Shown piece after piece: positions 9,482 through 18,194 of a stretch of DNA of 64,000 nucleotides. This DNA is from Candidatus Parcubacteria bacterium (GTDB taxonomy: Bacteria; Patescibacteriota; Minisyncoccia; Phycocordibacterales; CAIZLB01). How positions within the stretch are numbered: position 1 is the stretch's first letter; each line of letters opens with the position of its first letter. A program made the translations under genes and the position numbers. The notes under the pieces were generated by a model. The model worked only from the letters and a program-made list of their open reading frames with translations, was not told the origin of the DNA and searched no databases. The stretch spans positions 379,958-443,957 of the forward strand of contig JBDKLC010000005.1 of assembly GCA_039795775.1 (NCBI GenBank). Reading direction: 5' to 3'.

Positions 9482-10111
9482 TTAGGCTTGTGGACTCAAG
9501 ACTGAGATTTGTCCTTCGAATCCTTCGATGTCTTTTCGCTTGATGGTAAGTTTGTCTACGGGTGATACCTGTGTACCCGATTCTTTGAGGAAGGCTTTGA
9601 GACTTTCGTCTTTTTCATTCTTGAAATGCATTGGAATGATGAGCTTTGGTTCAAGATTCATAGCTGTCTTGTATGCTTCCTTCGCGTCATATACACCATC
9701 GCCTCCAATAGGAACAAAAAGGAGATCTACTTCATCGATAATCTCTGAGATAGCACTTGGAAGTGGACCTTTTTGTGCTCCGAGGAAAAGAGTGTTGATC
9801 CCGTCGATTGTAAGAGAGTAAATAGTGTTTGTTCTCTTTTCACCATCATATTCAGATTCACTACCAATACCTTGTACAAAAATACCGTTTGTTTCGTATT
9901 CACCTGGACCTGAAATGACGAAAGGTTGTTTGTCACCATATGACATATCAGTTCCACCTCCCATATCATCATGAAGTGTTGTTTGAAGTACGACATCAGC
10001 ACCAAACTTGTTCATTTTAAATTGAGAATTTTTTGATGGAGGGTTAATTGCAACAACTAAGTTACCAAACTGAATTTTGAAGGCTTCGTGACCAAGGTAT
10101 GTGATAATCAT
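9482..10111 (-). CDS. metallo-beta-lactamase-fold protein (UPF0173-like), His motif degenerate
   Basis: 209 aa. MIITYLGHEAFKI... resembles UPF0173 hydrolases, but the HxHxDH position reads LHDDMGG. Confidence 0.5.
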   Translation of the reverse strand: MIITYLGHEAFKIQFGNLVVAINPPSKNSQFKMNKFGADVVLQTTLHDDMGGGTDMSYGDKQPFVISGPGEYETNGIFVQGIGSESEYDGEKRTNTIYSLTIDGINTLFLGAQKGPLPSAISEIIDEVDLLFVPIGGDGVYDAKEAYKTAMNLEPKLIIPMHFKNEKDESLKAFLKESGTQVSPVDKLTIKRKDIEGFEGQISVLSPQA

Positions 10112-10331
10112 ACGTGTATTGTACCCAATTATAATGGTCGAGACAATTGACTACCTCGTATATGTACTTTTTTATTTTGCTATGGCATAGTTAAATCCGG
10201 ATCTGTATATACTGACGACCATAGATGGAAGAATACTTCCCTTTCTGGATAACCCCGTTTCTGCCTTCGCAGGCTGAATTTGGAGGCAATGGCGTCTCCA
10301 ACATATATATAGTGACTGTTCATCACGTTTT

Positions 10332-10691
10332 ATGAATATGAATCTGCCCATGGCAGTGACATTATGCCTCATAGCCGCCTGGACCATCAGCATGATCTGC
10401 TCGAAAGTCCTTCTCAACAAAGCATTGCAAGCTCACAAGCAAGAAAAAACTGACTGCTCTGGCAGCGACATCCTCATCGGTCTCACCGGAATTGTCGTAT
10501 GCGCAGTGCCCATAGCAAGTTCGTTTCTCATTCACGGATATGTTCTGTGGATCATTCCAACCGATCCCAGCATAGTCGTTTGGCTAAAAAAAATCGCCAA
10601 TGGGAGCAATTGGGCTCTCTTCTTCTTCGGATGCGCTTACTATGCTCGGCGCACCAGCAAAATAGGACTCTTTCATACGGAGTCTCGATAA
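10332..10691 (+). CDS. hypothetical membrane protein (GC-rich islet)
   Basis: 119 aa with 3 predicted TM helices. Followed 15 bp later by a perfect 15-bp-stem terminator. Confidence 0.45.
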   Translation: MNMNLPMAVTLCLIAAWTISMICSKVLLNKALQAHKQEKTDCSGSDILIGLTGIVVCAVPIASSFLIHGYVLWIIPTDPSIVVWLKKIANGSNWALFFFGCAYYARRTSKIGLFHTESR

Positions 10692-10706
10692 GCCACTACA
10701 CGCCCC

Positions 10707-10752
10707 GGGGGCTCACATCGCTGATGCGATGTGAGCCCCCTTTGATATTTAG
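10707..10752 (+). terminator. intrinsic terminator
   Basis: GGGGGCTCACATCGC-tgat-GCGATGTGAGCCCCC followed by TTTGATATTT. Confidence 0.7.
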
Positions 10753-11063
10753 GCTAAGTCATCTATACTTTTTTTGGGATAGCATAATATTCCCGTAGGT
10801 AACATTCGGACGTGAGCTAAGTCCTAAAATAGTCTCTGGTTGGAATCCTGTCGACTTCGGCACAGACATCGCTGACTTATTACGATGGGACCTGTCCATG
10901 CACCACCCAACATCACTGCGAGGACCGCTTGTGCATTGTTGGGGGTTTCCTTTTGAGGGCATTTCTCATGTTGAAATGAAGCTTAAAAAACCCTACCGTG
11001 GGAGAATTCGGTCGGCACTGCGCCGCTTCAAAGCAAACCAAACTCGTGAGCATCGCTCCGGGT

Positions 11064-11112
11064 GCCCGCACTTCTTGTCACGTCGACGGAAGAAGTGCGG
11101 GCCTTTTGTTTA
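11064..11112 (+). terminator. intrinsic terminator inside the coding-poor region
   Basis: GCCCGCACTTCTT-gtcacgtcgacgg-AAGAAGTGCGGGC followed by CTTTTGTTTAT. Confidence 0.55.
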
Positions 11113-11260
11113 TCGACTTTATTCAGTTATATGGATCATTTGCATACGTCACACGTCTGAATTTTGACGAAAATAATGGCCTATGGCATCATTACTATCC
11201 AGATCGAACTACACTGTCGGTCTACCACTGCAACCAGCACAGAAGGAGGTGAATCAAATC

Positions 11261-11392
11261 ATGGCACATAAAGGACAAGGACAAGGACAAGATGCCTTTC
11301 TCAAAGGCAACGCAACACAGCGCAAAAACGCCAGCCAAATGCTGAAAAAGCAAACTGGCCGCGGCCACAGAAGCGGTAAGAACAGGCGCTAA
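11261..11392 (+). CDS. small basic protein (43 aa) with strong SD
   Basis: GAAGGAGGTG sits 10 nt upstream of the ATG. Protein is MAHKGQGQGQDAFLKGNATQRKNASQMLKKQTGRGHRSGKNRR. Strong terminator 30 nt downstream. Faint resemblance to KGG-repeat stress proteins. Confidence 0.5.
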   Translation: MAHKGQGQGQDAFLKGNATQRKNASQMLKKQTGRGHRSGKNRR

Positions 11393-11420
11393 GCCTTGAC
11401 CCAACCGGTCATTTCATACA

Positions 11421-11466
11421 GGGCGGGCCCGGACGACACGTCCGGGCCCGCCCTTCCCTTTTTCAT
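11421..11466 (+). terminator. intrinsic terminator
   Basis: GGGCGGGCCCGGA-cgacac-GTCCGGGCCCGCCC followed by TTCCCTTTTTCAT. Confidence 0.75.
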
Positions 11467-11588
11467 ACTTTTATAGTATCCTCATTGAGCACATTTATTA
11501 GCAAATCCAAGGAAATGTAAGCCCCGCTGTGAGCCCTTTTGGGTCCCTGTTGCAATTTCAAGCGGAAGCGTTTCCTTACAACATCTAA

Positions 11589-12737
11589 ATGGCAGAAACA
11601 ACAAAGCGAGTTTCAAAGAAATCTGAACTCGCAAACCAGGCAGAAATCGAAGCAGCGGCAGCAATTGCAGCTAAAAACGATTCTGTGATGGGCAAATTTT
11701 TAACAGACAGTGTTACACCTCCAAGTGTTGGTGACCTTGTAGAAGGCCCAGTAATTGCAGTAGACAAAAAAGGTGTATTCATTGACCTCGCACCTTACGG
11801 AACAGGTATCATCTACGGCCGAGAATACATCAACGCCCGAGATATCATCCGAAAAGTAAACATTGGTGACAAGATTGCCGCAAAGGTTATCGACCTCAAC
11901 AATGCAGACGGATACGTTGAACTTTCTCTTAAAGAAGCTAAGCAGGCACTCATCTGGAGTGAAGCTGAAGCAGCTATTAAGGCTCGAACAACATTCGATA
12001 TTCCAGTTCTCGAAGCAAACAAGGGTGGTCTTCTCCTTGCATGGCAAGGTATTCAGGGCTTCCTCCCTGCTTCACAGCTCAAGGCTGATCACTATCCTCG
12101 AGTAGAAGATGGCGATAAAGACAAGATTCTTGATGAACTTAAGAAATTTGTTGGTCAGAAGCTTTCAGTAACAATCATCTCTGCAGCTCCAAAGGAAGGT
12201 AAACTTATCTTCTCTGAAAAGTCTCCAGAAATGAAAGACAAAGAAAAGATCATCAGTAAGTACTCAGTTGGCGAAGAAGTTGAAGGTACTGTTACAGGCG
12301 CCGTAGACTTCGGAGTATTCGTGAAGCTTGAAGAAGGTCTCGAAGGTCTCGTTCACATTTCAGAAATCGACTGGTCACTTGTTGAAGATCCTCGAACAAT
12401 GTTCAAGGTTGGAGACAAAGTAAAAGTAAAGGTTATTGAAATCAAGGACGGTAAAATCTCTCTTTCTATCAAGGCTCTCAAAACAAACCCTTGGAAAGAA
12501 GCTGAAAAGAAATACAAGAAGGACGACATGGTGTCAGGTGTTGTAATCAAATTCAACAAACACGGTGCTCTCGCTTCTATTGAAGAAGGTGTAGCTGGTC
12601 TCGTTCACGTTTCAGAATTCGGAAGTGAAGCAAAACTCCGAGAAAAACTTGAACTCGGCAAGTCATACTCATTCAAGATTGCTCTCTTCGATGCAAAGGA
12701 CCAGAAAATGGCTCTCTCATACGTAGAAAAGAAATAA
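11589..12737 (+). CDS. rpsA: 30S ribosomal protein S1 (short, 4 S1 domains)
   Basis: 382 aa of repeated S1 RNA-binding domains. Confidence 0.85.
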   Translation: MAETTKRVSKKSELANQAEIEAAAAIAAKNDSVMGKFLTDSVTPPSVGDLVEGPVIAVDKKGVFIDLAPYGTGIIYGREYINARDIIRKVNIGDKIAAKVIDLNNADGYVELSLKEAKQALIWSEAEAAIKARTTFDIPVLEANKGGLLLAWQGIQGFLPASQLKADHYPRVEDGDKDKILDELKKFVGQKLSVTIISAAPKEGKLIFSEKSPEMKDKEKIISKYSVGEEVEGTVTGAVDFGVFVKLEEGLEGLVHISEIDWSLVEDPRTMFKVGDKVKVKVIEIKDGKISLSIKALKTNPWKEAEKKYKKDDMVSGVVIKFNKHGALASIEEGVAGLVHVSEFGSEAKLREKLELGKSYSFKIALFDAKDQKMALSYVEKK

Positions 12738-12776
12738 TCTCTCGATACATTCGCTTCTGTCGAATATATCAAAAAG

Positions 12777-12812
12777 AGAAAAGCCCCATCACTGGGGCTT
12801 TTCTCTTTTGTA
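12777..12812. terminator. bidirectional terminator between rpsA and pth
   Basis: AGAAAAGCCCC-atcact-GGGGCTTTTCT followed by CTTTTG. Confidence 0.7.
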
Positions 12813-12828
12813 TGAGGAGTGAAAAGTC

Positions 12829-13428
12829 TTACTGATTATACATCTCCATAGCCTTAGCACGGTCTTCTGTAACAATAACTGTAAGTGCATCAGCTACTTC
12901 TTTTGCCACTTTCTTCATTTCATCCATCTCTGGTTTCTTGAATGGTCCAACGATAAAATCGAGAACTTTCTCTCCTGTTGGTTTCTTAATTTTTCCTGAA
13001 GGAGTTGTTGGAGATACACCTACTTTGATTCGCGTATATGCTTCCGTTTTGATAGCTCTATTGATAGATTCAATCCCCTTGTGACCGCCAGAACCTCGGT
13101 TAAAGACAATCTTAATTTTTCCTAAAGGCATATCGAGATCATCGTGTACCACAATCAATTTTTCTGCCTTTTTTACACTCGTAATTGTATCTTTCAAAGA
13201 TGAACCTGATTTATTCATAAATGTTTCAGGCATAATAACAGTTACTTTTTCGGCAGACTTGCCGCTCCCTATTTCTCCTGCTGACACGAGTGCTGTAAAT
13301 TTCTTACTTGATACCACTTCTGGTAATCCGTTCTTTTTTATAAAAGCCGAAACAGCGATTCTGCCTGCGTTGTGACGTGTATCTGCATATTCTTCTCCTG
13401 GGTTTCCGAGGCCAACGATGTAGTACAT
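12829..13428 (-). CDS. pth: peptidyl-tRNA hydrolase
   Basis: MYYIVGLGNPGEEYADTRHNAG... is the canonical Pth N-terminal motif. Confidence 0.9.
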   Translation of the reverse strand: MYYIVGLGNPGEEYADTRHNAGRIAVSAFIKKNGLPEVVSSKKFTALVSAGEIGSGKSAEKVTVIMPETFMNKSGSSLKDTITSVKKAEKLIVVHDDLDMPLGKIKIVFNRGSGGHKGIESINRAIKTEAYTRIKVGVSPTTPSGKIKKPTGEKVLDFIVGPFKKPEMDEMKKVAKEVADALTVIVTEDRAKAMEMYNQ

Positions 13429-13472
13429 AAAAATAAGTGTGTGAAGCTGGTGGTTAAAATTCAGCCGTTTTT

Positions 13473-14123
13473 ATGCTCATATTGTATCACATCGACTATT
13501 CTGGTATTATTGCGCCAATGAATGAGTTATCTGAACAAACTCCAGTGTCAGAATCTCCTACTCCTACAGTAGAGAAGCCCTCGTCTGACCATTTCTGGAG
13601 ATTTGCCTTCATTTTGTTTGCAATATTCATTCCTCTCCGACTTTTCGTAGCCGAACCTTTTCTTGTATACGGCAGCTCCATGGAACCCAACTTTGACACC
13701 GGCGACTACCTCATCGTCGATGAACTCACCTACAGATTCGAGGACCCAAAACGAGGTGATGTGATCGTCCTCAAACCGCCAGTCGTAGACAAAGAAAAAT
13801 CTCATTTCATCAAAAGAATCGTCGGTCTTCCCGGAGAAACAGTGATCGTTCAAAACGGAAAAGTTACTATCAAGAACACAGACAATCCAGACGGATTTAC
13901 ACTTGATGAACCATACCTCAAGTATATGAGTAATCGAGAAGCAGTATATAAACTCGCTTCTGACGAATACTTTGTTATGGGAGACAACAGACCGGTTAGT
14001 TCCGACTCCAGAAATTGGGGACCTCTCAAGCGAGATGACATCACAGGAAGAGCATTTCTTCGACTCTATCCCCTCAAACACCTCCAAGTACTCCCAGGAT
14101 CTTTAGAGAAATTTCAGAAATAA
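13473..14123 (+). CDS. lepB: signal peptidase I
   Basis: SPase I boxes GSSMEPNF, KRIVGLPGE, GDNRPVSSDSRNWG. The start may be the Met at 13518. Confidence 0.85.
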   Translation: MLILYHIDYSGIIAPMNELSEQTPVSESPTPTVEKPSSDHFWRFAFILFAIFIPLRLFVAEPFLVYGSSMEPNFDTGDYLIVDELTYRFEDPKRGDVIVLKPPVVDKEKSHFIKRIVGLPGETVIVQNGKVTIKNTDNPDGFTLDEPYLKYMSNREAVYKLASDEYFVMGDNRPVSSDSRNWGPLKRDDITGRAFLRLYPLKHLQVLPGSLEKFQK

Positions 14124-14153
14124 ATCAGTTTATACACATCACAACGAAACGGT

Positions 14154-15413
14154 ATGCCACAAAAAACTATTGAAAAAGAACAGGCTAAAAATTCAGTAAA
14201 AAAATCCCTTCCTTCGGCTATTCACCAAACTCACCTCAAAGCAGATTCGACAGCAAATCACTACGGATTTGTGCCTTTTGCTGGACTTGAAGTTGAAAAA
14301 CAAGACATCGCAAAATCAAAAACATTTAAAGACCCAAAGATCAAAGAAATGTCTGGCAGTAAGCAAGACTTGCTCAACTTTGACGGCTTTCTCGAAGAAA
14401 AAATCGCCATTGTCCGAACATATCTCGACAAAAAGATGGCTGACCTCTCTCAACCACCAATGATTAGTTACAGTGGCCCTCTTCCTGGAAATCCTCATGT
14501 AAAAAAGAATAGTCGAGAACACATTTTCAACCTCGACATTATCGGCAACCACAAGAGTATTGCTGACGCTATTATTATTGAAACTTCGTTTGTTATTTTG
14601 AAAGAGCATTACGAAGACATGGAACTTTCTATCGAAATCAACTGTATTGGTGACAAAGATTCTCTCGCACGATTCACACGAGAATTCATTGCCTATTACA
14701 AAAAGCATCTCAATGAAATGCCCGCACCCTGCCGAGCTATTTTCAAAAAGAATCCGTTTGATGTACTTGGCTGTACACACGATGAATGTCTCGCCCTCCA
14801 AGACGAAGCTCCAAAAGCTATGAGTTACCTCACAGAACCAAGTCGAATTCACTTCAAAGAACTTCTTGAATACATCGAATCACTTTCTCTTCCGTACATC
14901 ATCAACCACGCACTTGTTGGAAGTCAGAACTATTGCAGTGGTGTCATCTTCCGAATCGTTGGTATTTCAAAGAAAGAAAAAACATGTAAACCAATCGTGC
15001 TTGGCCTCGGTGAACGATACAACACTGTCGCTCGAAAAGCGTGGGGCAAAAAAGAGATCCCCGCTATCGGTGCTGCCCTTGCCGTAAAAGATGACTCAGG
15101 TGCAAAAATTGCAAAGAAAAAAGTAGAAGCCCCACGATTTTATTTCATTCAGCTTGGGTATGACGCAAAGCTCAAGAGTCTTGCTATCATCGAAATGCTT
15201 CGACAGGCAAAGATCCCTGTTGTACAGGCGCTTTCACGAGACAAAATCACCACACAGCTCGCGGCTGCCGAAAAACTCAATGTGCCTTATATTCTTATTC
15301 TTGGACAAAAAGAAGCCATCGAAGAAAGTGTGACTGTACGAACAATGTCTAACCGATCTCAAGAGACAGTACCTATTTCAGAACTTGTCGCTTATCTCAA
15401 GAAACTCGCCTAG
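14154..15413 (+). CDS. histidyl-tRNA synthetase homolog with degenerate catalytic motifs
   Basis: Aligns with HisRS at NPFDVLG..., DEAP, LVGSQNYCSGVIFR (HisA region, Arg lost), GLGERYN (motif 3) and the C-terminal anticodon-binding domain (YILILGQKEAIEESVTVRTM). Motif 2 is degenerate (YSGPLPGNPHVKKNSREHIF). Confidence 0.6.
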   Translation: MPQKTIEKEQAKNSVKKSLPSAIHQTHLKADSTANHYGFVPFAGLEVEKQDIAKSKTFKDPKIKEMSGSKQDLLNFDGFLEEKIAIVRTYLDKKMADLSQPPMISYSGPLPGNPHVKKNSREHIFNLDIIGNHKSIADAIIIETSFVILKEHYEDMELSIEINCIGDKDSLARFTREFIAYYKKHLNEMPAPCRAIFKKNPFDVLGCTHDECLALQDEAPKAMSYLTEPSRIHFKELLEYIESLSLPYIINHALVGSQNYCSGVIFRIVGISKKEKTCKPIVLGLGERYNTVARKAWGKKEIPAIGAALAVKDDSGAKIAKKKVEAPRFYFIQLGYDAKLKSLAIIEMLRQAKIPVVQALSRDKITTQLAAAEKLNVPYILILGQKEAIEESVTVRTMSNRSQETVPISELVAYLKKLA

Positions 15414-15440
15414 ATTGAATATATAGCCAGATATGGTATA

Positions 15441-15468
15441 AAAAGGACGAAATTCGTCCTTTTTTTAT
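15441..15468 (+). terminator. intrinsic terminator after the hisS-like gene
   Basis: AAAAAGGACGAA-att-TTCGTCCTTTTTTTATT. Confidence 0.7.
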
Positions 15469-15475
15469 TGTTAAG

Positions 15476-15979
15476 GTGATACAAAAGGGTCGAACATTCT
15501 CTCGTTTTTTTAATTTACGTTCAATCTTGCTGTATCGCCTTAACCCAAAATTTCGATCTCATAGCAGAGGTCGAGGCGAGAACTCAACAATGGAAATCAA
15601 CGTCTTCACCAGAGCTATTCTGGTATTTGTCAAAGCAAGGTATAACATCGTGACAATCGACCCAAAGTCCACCTTCCACGAAGTCCTGCCAGGTATGTGC
15701 ATGTTCTGCAAACTACCCAACGTGGGTGAAACCATCGGCAAACGCCACCTCCTGTTCTTCGTGAACTCCTACGAACCAAAAGCAGAAGGCTCGATAGCAG
15801 TAGAAATCGCACCAGGAACAGGCTACGGCTTCATCGAAATCACTGATCGTGAACACACCCTCATTATGAGAAATGGCATTGGCGCAATCATGAACGTGCC
15901 TTGCGACGACACTACAGCCCTTCCTGAGGAAAAAGGCGAGACATTCGCCGAATTCAACAGTCGCGCAAGCGCTTCTTAA
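15476..15979 (+). CDS. hypothetical protein (GC-rich islet); GTG start, or ATG at 15590
   Basis: 167 aa ORF, or 129 aa from MEINVF. GC-rich codon usage, closed by a long GC hairpin terminator at 15981-16075. No recognisable domain. Confidence 0.4.
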   Translation: MIQKGRTFSRFFNLRSILLYRLNPKFRSHSRGRGENSTMEINVFTRAILVFVKARYNIVTIDPKSTFHEVLPGMCMFCKLPNVGETIGKRHLLFFVNSYEPKAEGSIAVEIAPGTGYGFIEITDREHTLIMRNGIGAIMNVPCDDTTALPEEKGETFAEFNSRASAS

Positions 15980-15980
15980 C

Positions 15981-16075
15981 CCCCACCCGCGGGAGGTACG
16001 CAGACCCCATATCAAGCCCTTACAGGGCCACGATATTCAGGAATCCTGCGTACCTCCCGCGGGTTTTCCTTTTAT
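15981..16075 (+). terminator. long-stem terminator
   Basis: CCCGCGGGAGGTACGCAG...CTGCGTACCTCCCGCGGG (18-bp stem, large loop) followed by TTTTCCTTTT. Confidence 0.6.
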
Positions 16076-16154
16076 GTGCTTTTAGAGGTCCCAGAAGGCT
16101 CCCCAGGCCTTTGTACGCCCATATTGCGCCGTATTTGATAATATGTTACTCTAA

Positions 16155-16403
16155 TTGCCACATATGATTAATGTTCAAACAGAGAAAAACTCAAACGAAA
16201 GCGCATCATCGCTTCTTCGACGATTCACAAAACGAATGCAGGAATCAGGCGTTTTGAATCGAGTACGATCTCTCCGATACAACGAACGAGTGCTTTCAAA
16301 GTACAAGCGAAAGATGGCTACTCTCGAAAAACTCGGAAAGAAAGAAGAAATGGCGAAGCTCGCTAAACTCGGAAAACTCCCAGTTCGACCAGGAAGAAAA
16401 TAA
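16155..16403 (+). CDS. rpsU: 30S ribosomal protein S21
   Basis: SLLRRFTKRMQESGVLNRVRSLRYNERVLSKYKRK matches the bS21 signature. Confidence 0.85.
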   Translation: MPHMINVQTEKNSNESASSLLRRFTKRMQESGVLNRVRSLRYNERVLSKYKRKMATLEKLGKKEEMAKLAKLGKLPVRPGRK

Positions 16404-16419
16404 TAGCTGTCACCTCATT

Positions 16420-16821
16420 ATGCGATCTCTTCGCGAAGGAACACTTTCAATATCTACTTCACTCAAAAGCACACCTCGCATTGACGGTGTGCTTTTTGAG
16501 CGTCTCAAAGACCATGTGCTCGGAAAAGACTATGAACTCTCACTTGTATTTGTAGGAAAAAAATTTGGCAGACGACTCAACAAGCAACATCGAGGAAAAG
16601 ATTATGCAACTGACATTCTCAGTTTTCCAAACGATACAACATTCGGTGAAATGTTTATTCATCCCGACAAAGCCCGATCAAAAGCAAAAGAATTTGATAG
16701 AACATTTGAAAATTATCTTAAATTTATATTTATCCACGGTTTGTTTCATTTGAAAGGATTCGATCATGGTAGTACAATGGAACACGAAGAAGCACGCGTT
16801 CGAGCTTTGTTTAACATTTAA
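16420..16821 (+). CDS. ybeY: rRNA maturation endoribonuclease YbeY
   Basis: TDILSFP and the metal-binding motif HGLFHLKGFDH. Confidence 0.85.
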   Translation: MRSLREGTLSISTSLKSTPRIDGVLFERLKDHVLGKDYELSLVFVGKKFGRRLNKQHRGKDYATDILSFPNDTTFGEMFIHPDKARSKAKEFDRTFENYLKFIFIHGLFHLKGFDHGSTMEHEEARVRALFNI

Positions 16822-16840
16822 ATTAATCTTACTTTAAGAA

Positions 16841-18031
16841 ATGGCAATCGGCCGATCAGTCGCCGTGGGCATTGATATTGGAACTTCAGGCGTTAAAGTT
16901 ATCGTCTCTGAAGGTGATCCAAGAAATGAAAGAGCCTTTCCTCGAGTTTTGGGTACTGGGTACTCAGAATCGAAAGGCCTTCGCCACGGGTATATCACAA
17001 ATCTAGAAGAGACTGTCAAAAGCATTCGTGCTGCGGTGTCTCAGGCTGAAAAATCTTCTGGTGTTCCCATCAGAAAAGCGTACGTTGCCATCGGCGGCGT
17101 CGGTGTATCTGCCATAGTTTCGAACGGTGCTATTTCTACTACAAAAGCTGATAGTGAAATCACAGAACTCGACATCAAACGAGCCTGGGATGAAAGTGAA
17201 AAAGAACTCCCTCAAGCCTTTATTTTAAATAGAAAAATCATTCATACGGTTCCTCTCGAATATCGTATTGATGGCAAAAAAGTCCTTGGCCGACCGCAAG
17301 GCATGAAAGGTGTGCGACTTGAAGCAAAAGTTCTCTATATCACCTGCCTCGGTCATCACCTCAATGACATTCTTCTTGCATTTGAAGAAGCTGATATCGA
17401 AGTAGAAGACGTTGTAGCCTCACCTATGGCAGCGAGCCTCGTGACTCTCAACAAAACTCAAAAAATTGCAGGTTGTATTCTCGCCAACATTGGATCAGAG
17501 ACAACATCTATCATTGTGTACGAAAACAACATTCCTGTTTCAATGGAAATTTTTCCATTTGGTTCAAACGATGTCACAAACGATATTGCACTCGGACTTA
17601 AAATTCCTATTGATGAAGCTGAACAAGTAAAAGTTGGTACAGGAAAAATGGAAGGCCTTTCAAAACGAAAACTAGAAGAAATTATTATTGCTCGACTCTC
17701 GGATATTTTTGACTTGATTGAAGATCATCTTCGACGAATAGATCGAAGCGGACTTCTTCCTGCTGGTATTATCCTCACAGGTGGTGGTTCAGGACTTTCT
17801 GTCGTTGAAGAACTCGCCAAGCTTACACTCAAGCTTCCTGCAAAACGACACGTCATCAAATTTGAAGGAAATACAAAATCTATTACTCGAGATTACGAGT
17901 GGGCTGTTGCATACGGACTCACAATGCTCGGTCTTTCTACAGAACAAGACAGTGGTGGAAAACTCGGTTTCAAATTTGCAAAAAAAGCAAAGAACAGTAT
18001 TTGGGGTTGGATTAAGCAATTCCTTCCATAA
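16841..18031 (+). CDS. ftsA: cell division protein FtsA
   Basis: Actin-like ATPase, GIDIGTSGVKVIV... 396 aa, directly upstream of ftsZ. Confidence 0.85.
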   Translation: MAIGRSVAVGIDIGTSGVKVIVSEGDPRNERAFPRVLGTGYSESKGLRHGYITNLEETVKSIRAAVSQAEKSSGVPIRKAYVAIGGVGVSAIVSNGAISTTKADSEITELDIKRAWDESEKELPQAFILNRKIIHTVPLEYRIDGKKVLGRPQGMKGVRLEAKVLYITCLGHHLNDILLAFEEADIEVEDVVASPMAASLVTLNKTQKIAGCILANIGSETTSIIVYENNIPVSMEIFPFGSNDVTNDIALGLKIPIDEAEQVKVGTGKMEGLSKRKLEEIIIARLSDIFDLIEDHLRRIDRSGLLPAGIILTGGGSGLSVVEELAKLTLKLPAKRHVIKFEGNTKSITRDYEWAVAYGLTMLGLSTEQDSGGKLGFKFAKKAKNSIWGWIKQFLP

Positions 18032-18194
18032 TTTCTTCAGAAATTTTATTTTAGAGCTTTATTAAGCCATATTTTTTCACCTCATTACAGCACAATAAGG
18101 CCATGTTTTTAACTATTGCGCTATAAAAAAGCGTGATATGATACTTCATCATATCTTGATAAAGTATTGATTTATTATTTGAGTAAAACCACTT

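Noticed and set aside
10172-10420. 82-aa minus-strand ORF
   Set aside because: It overlaps the better-supported plus-strand membrane protein gene, which has a matching terminator. It has no start context and an atypical composition.
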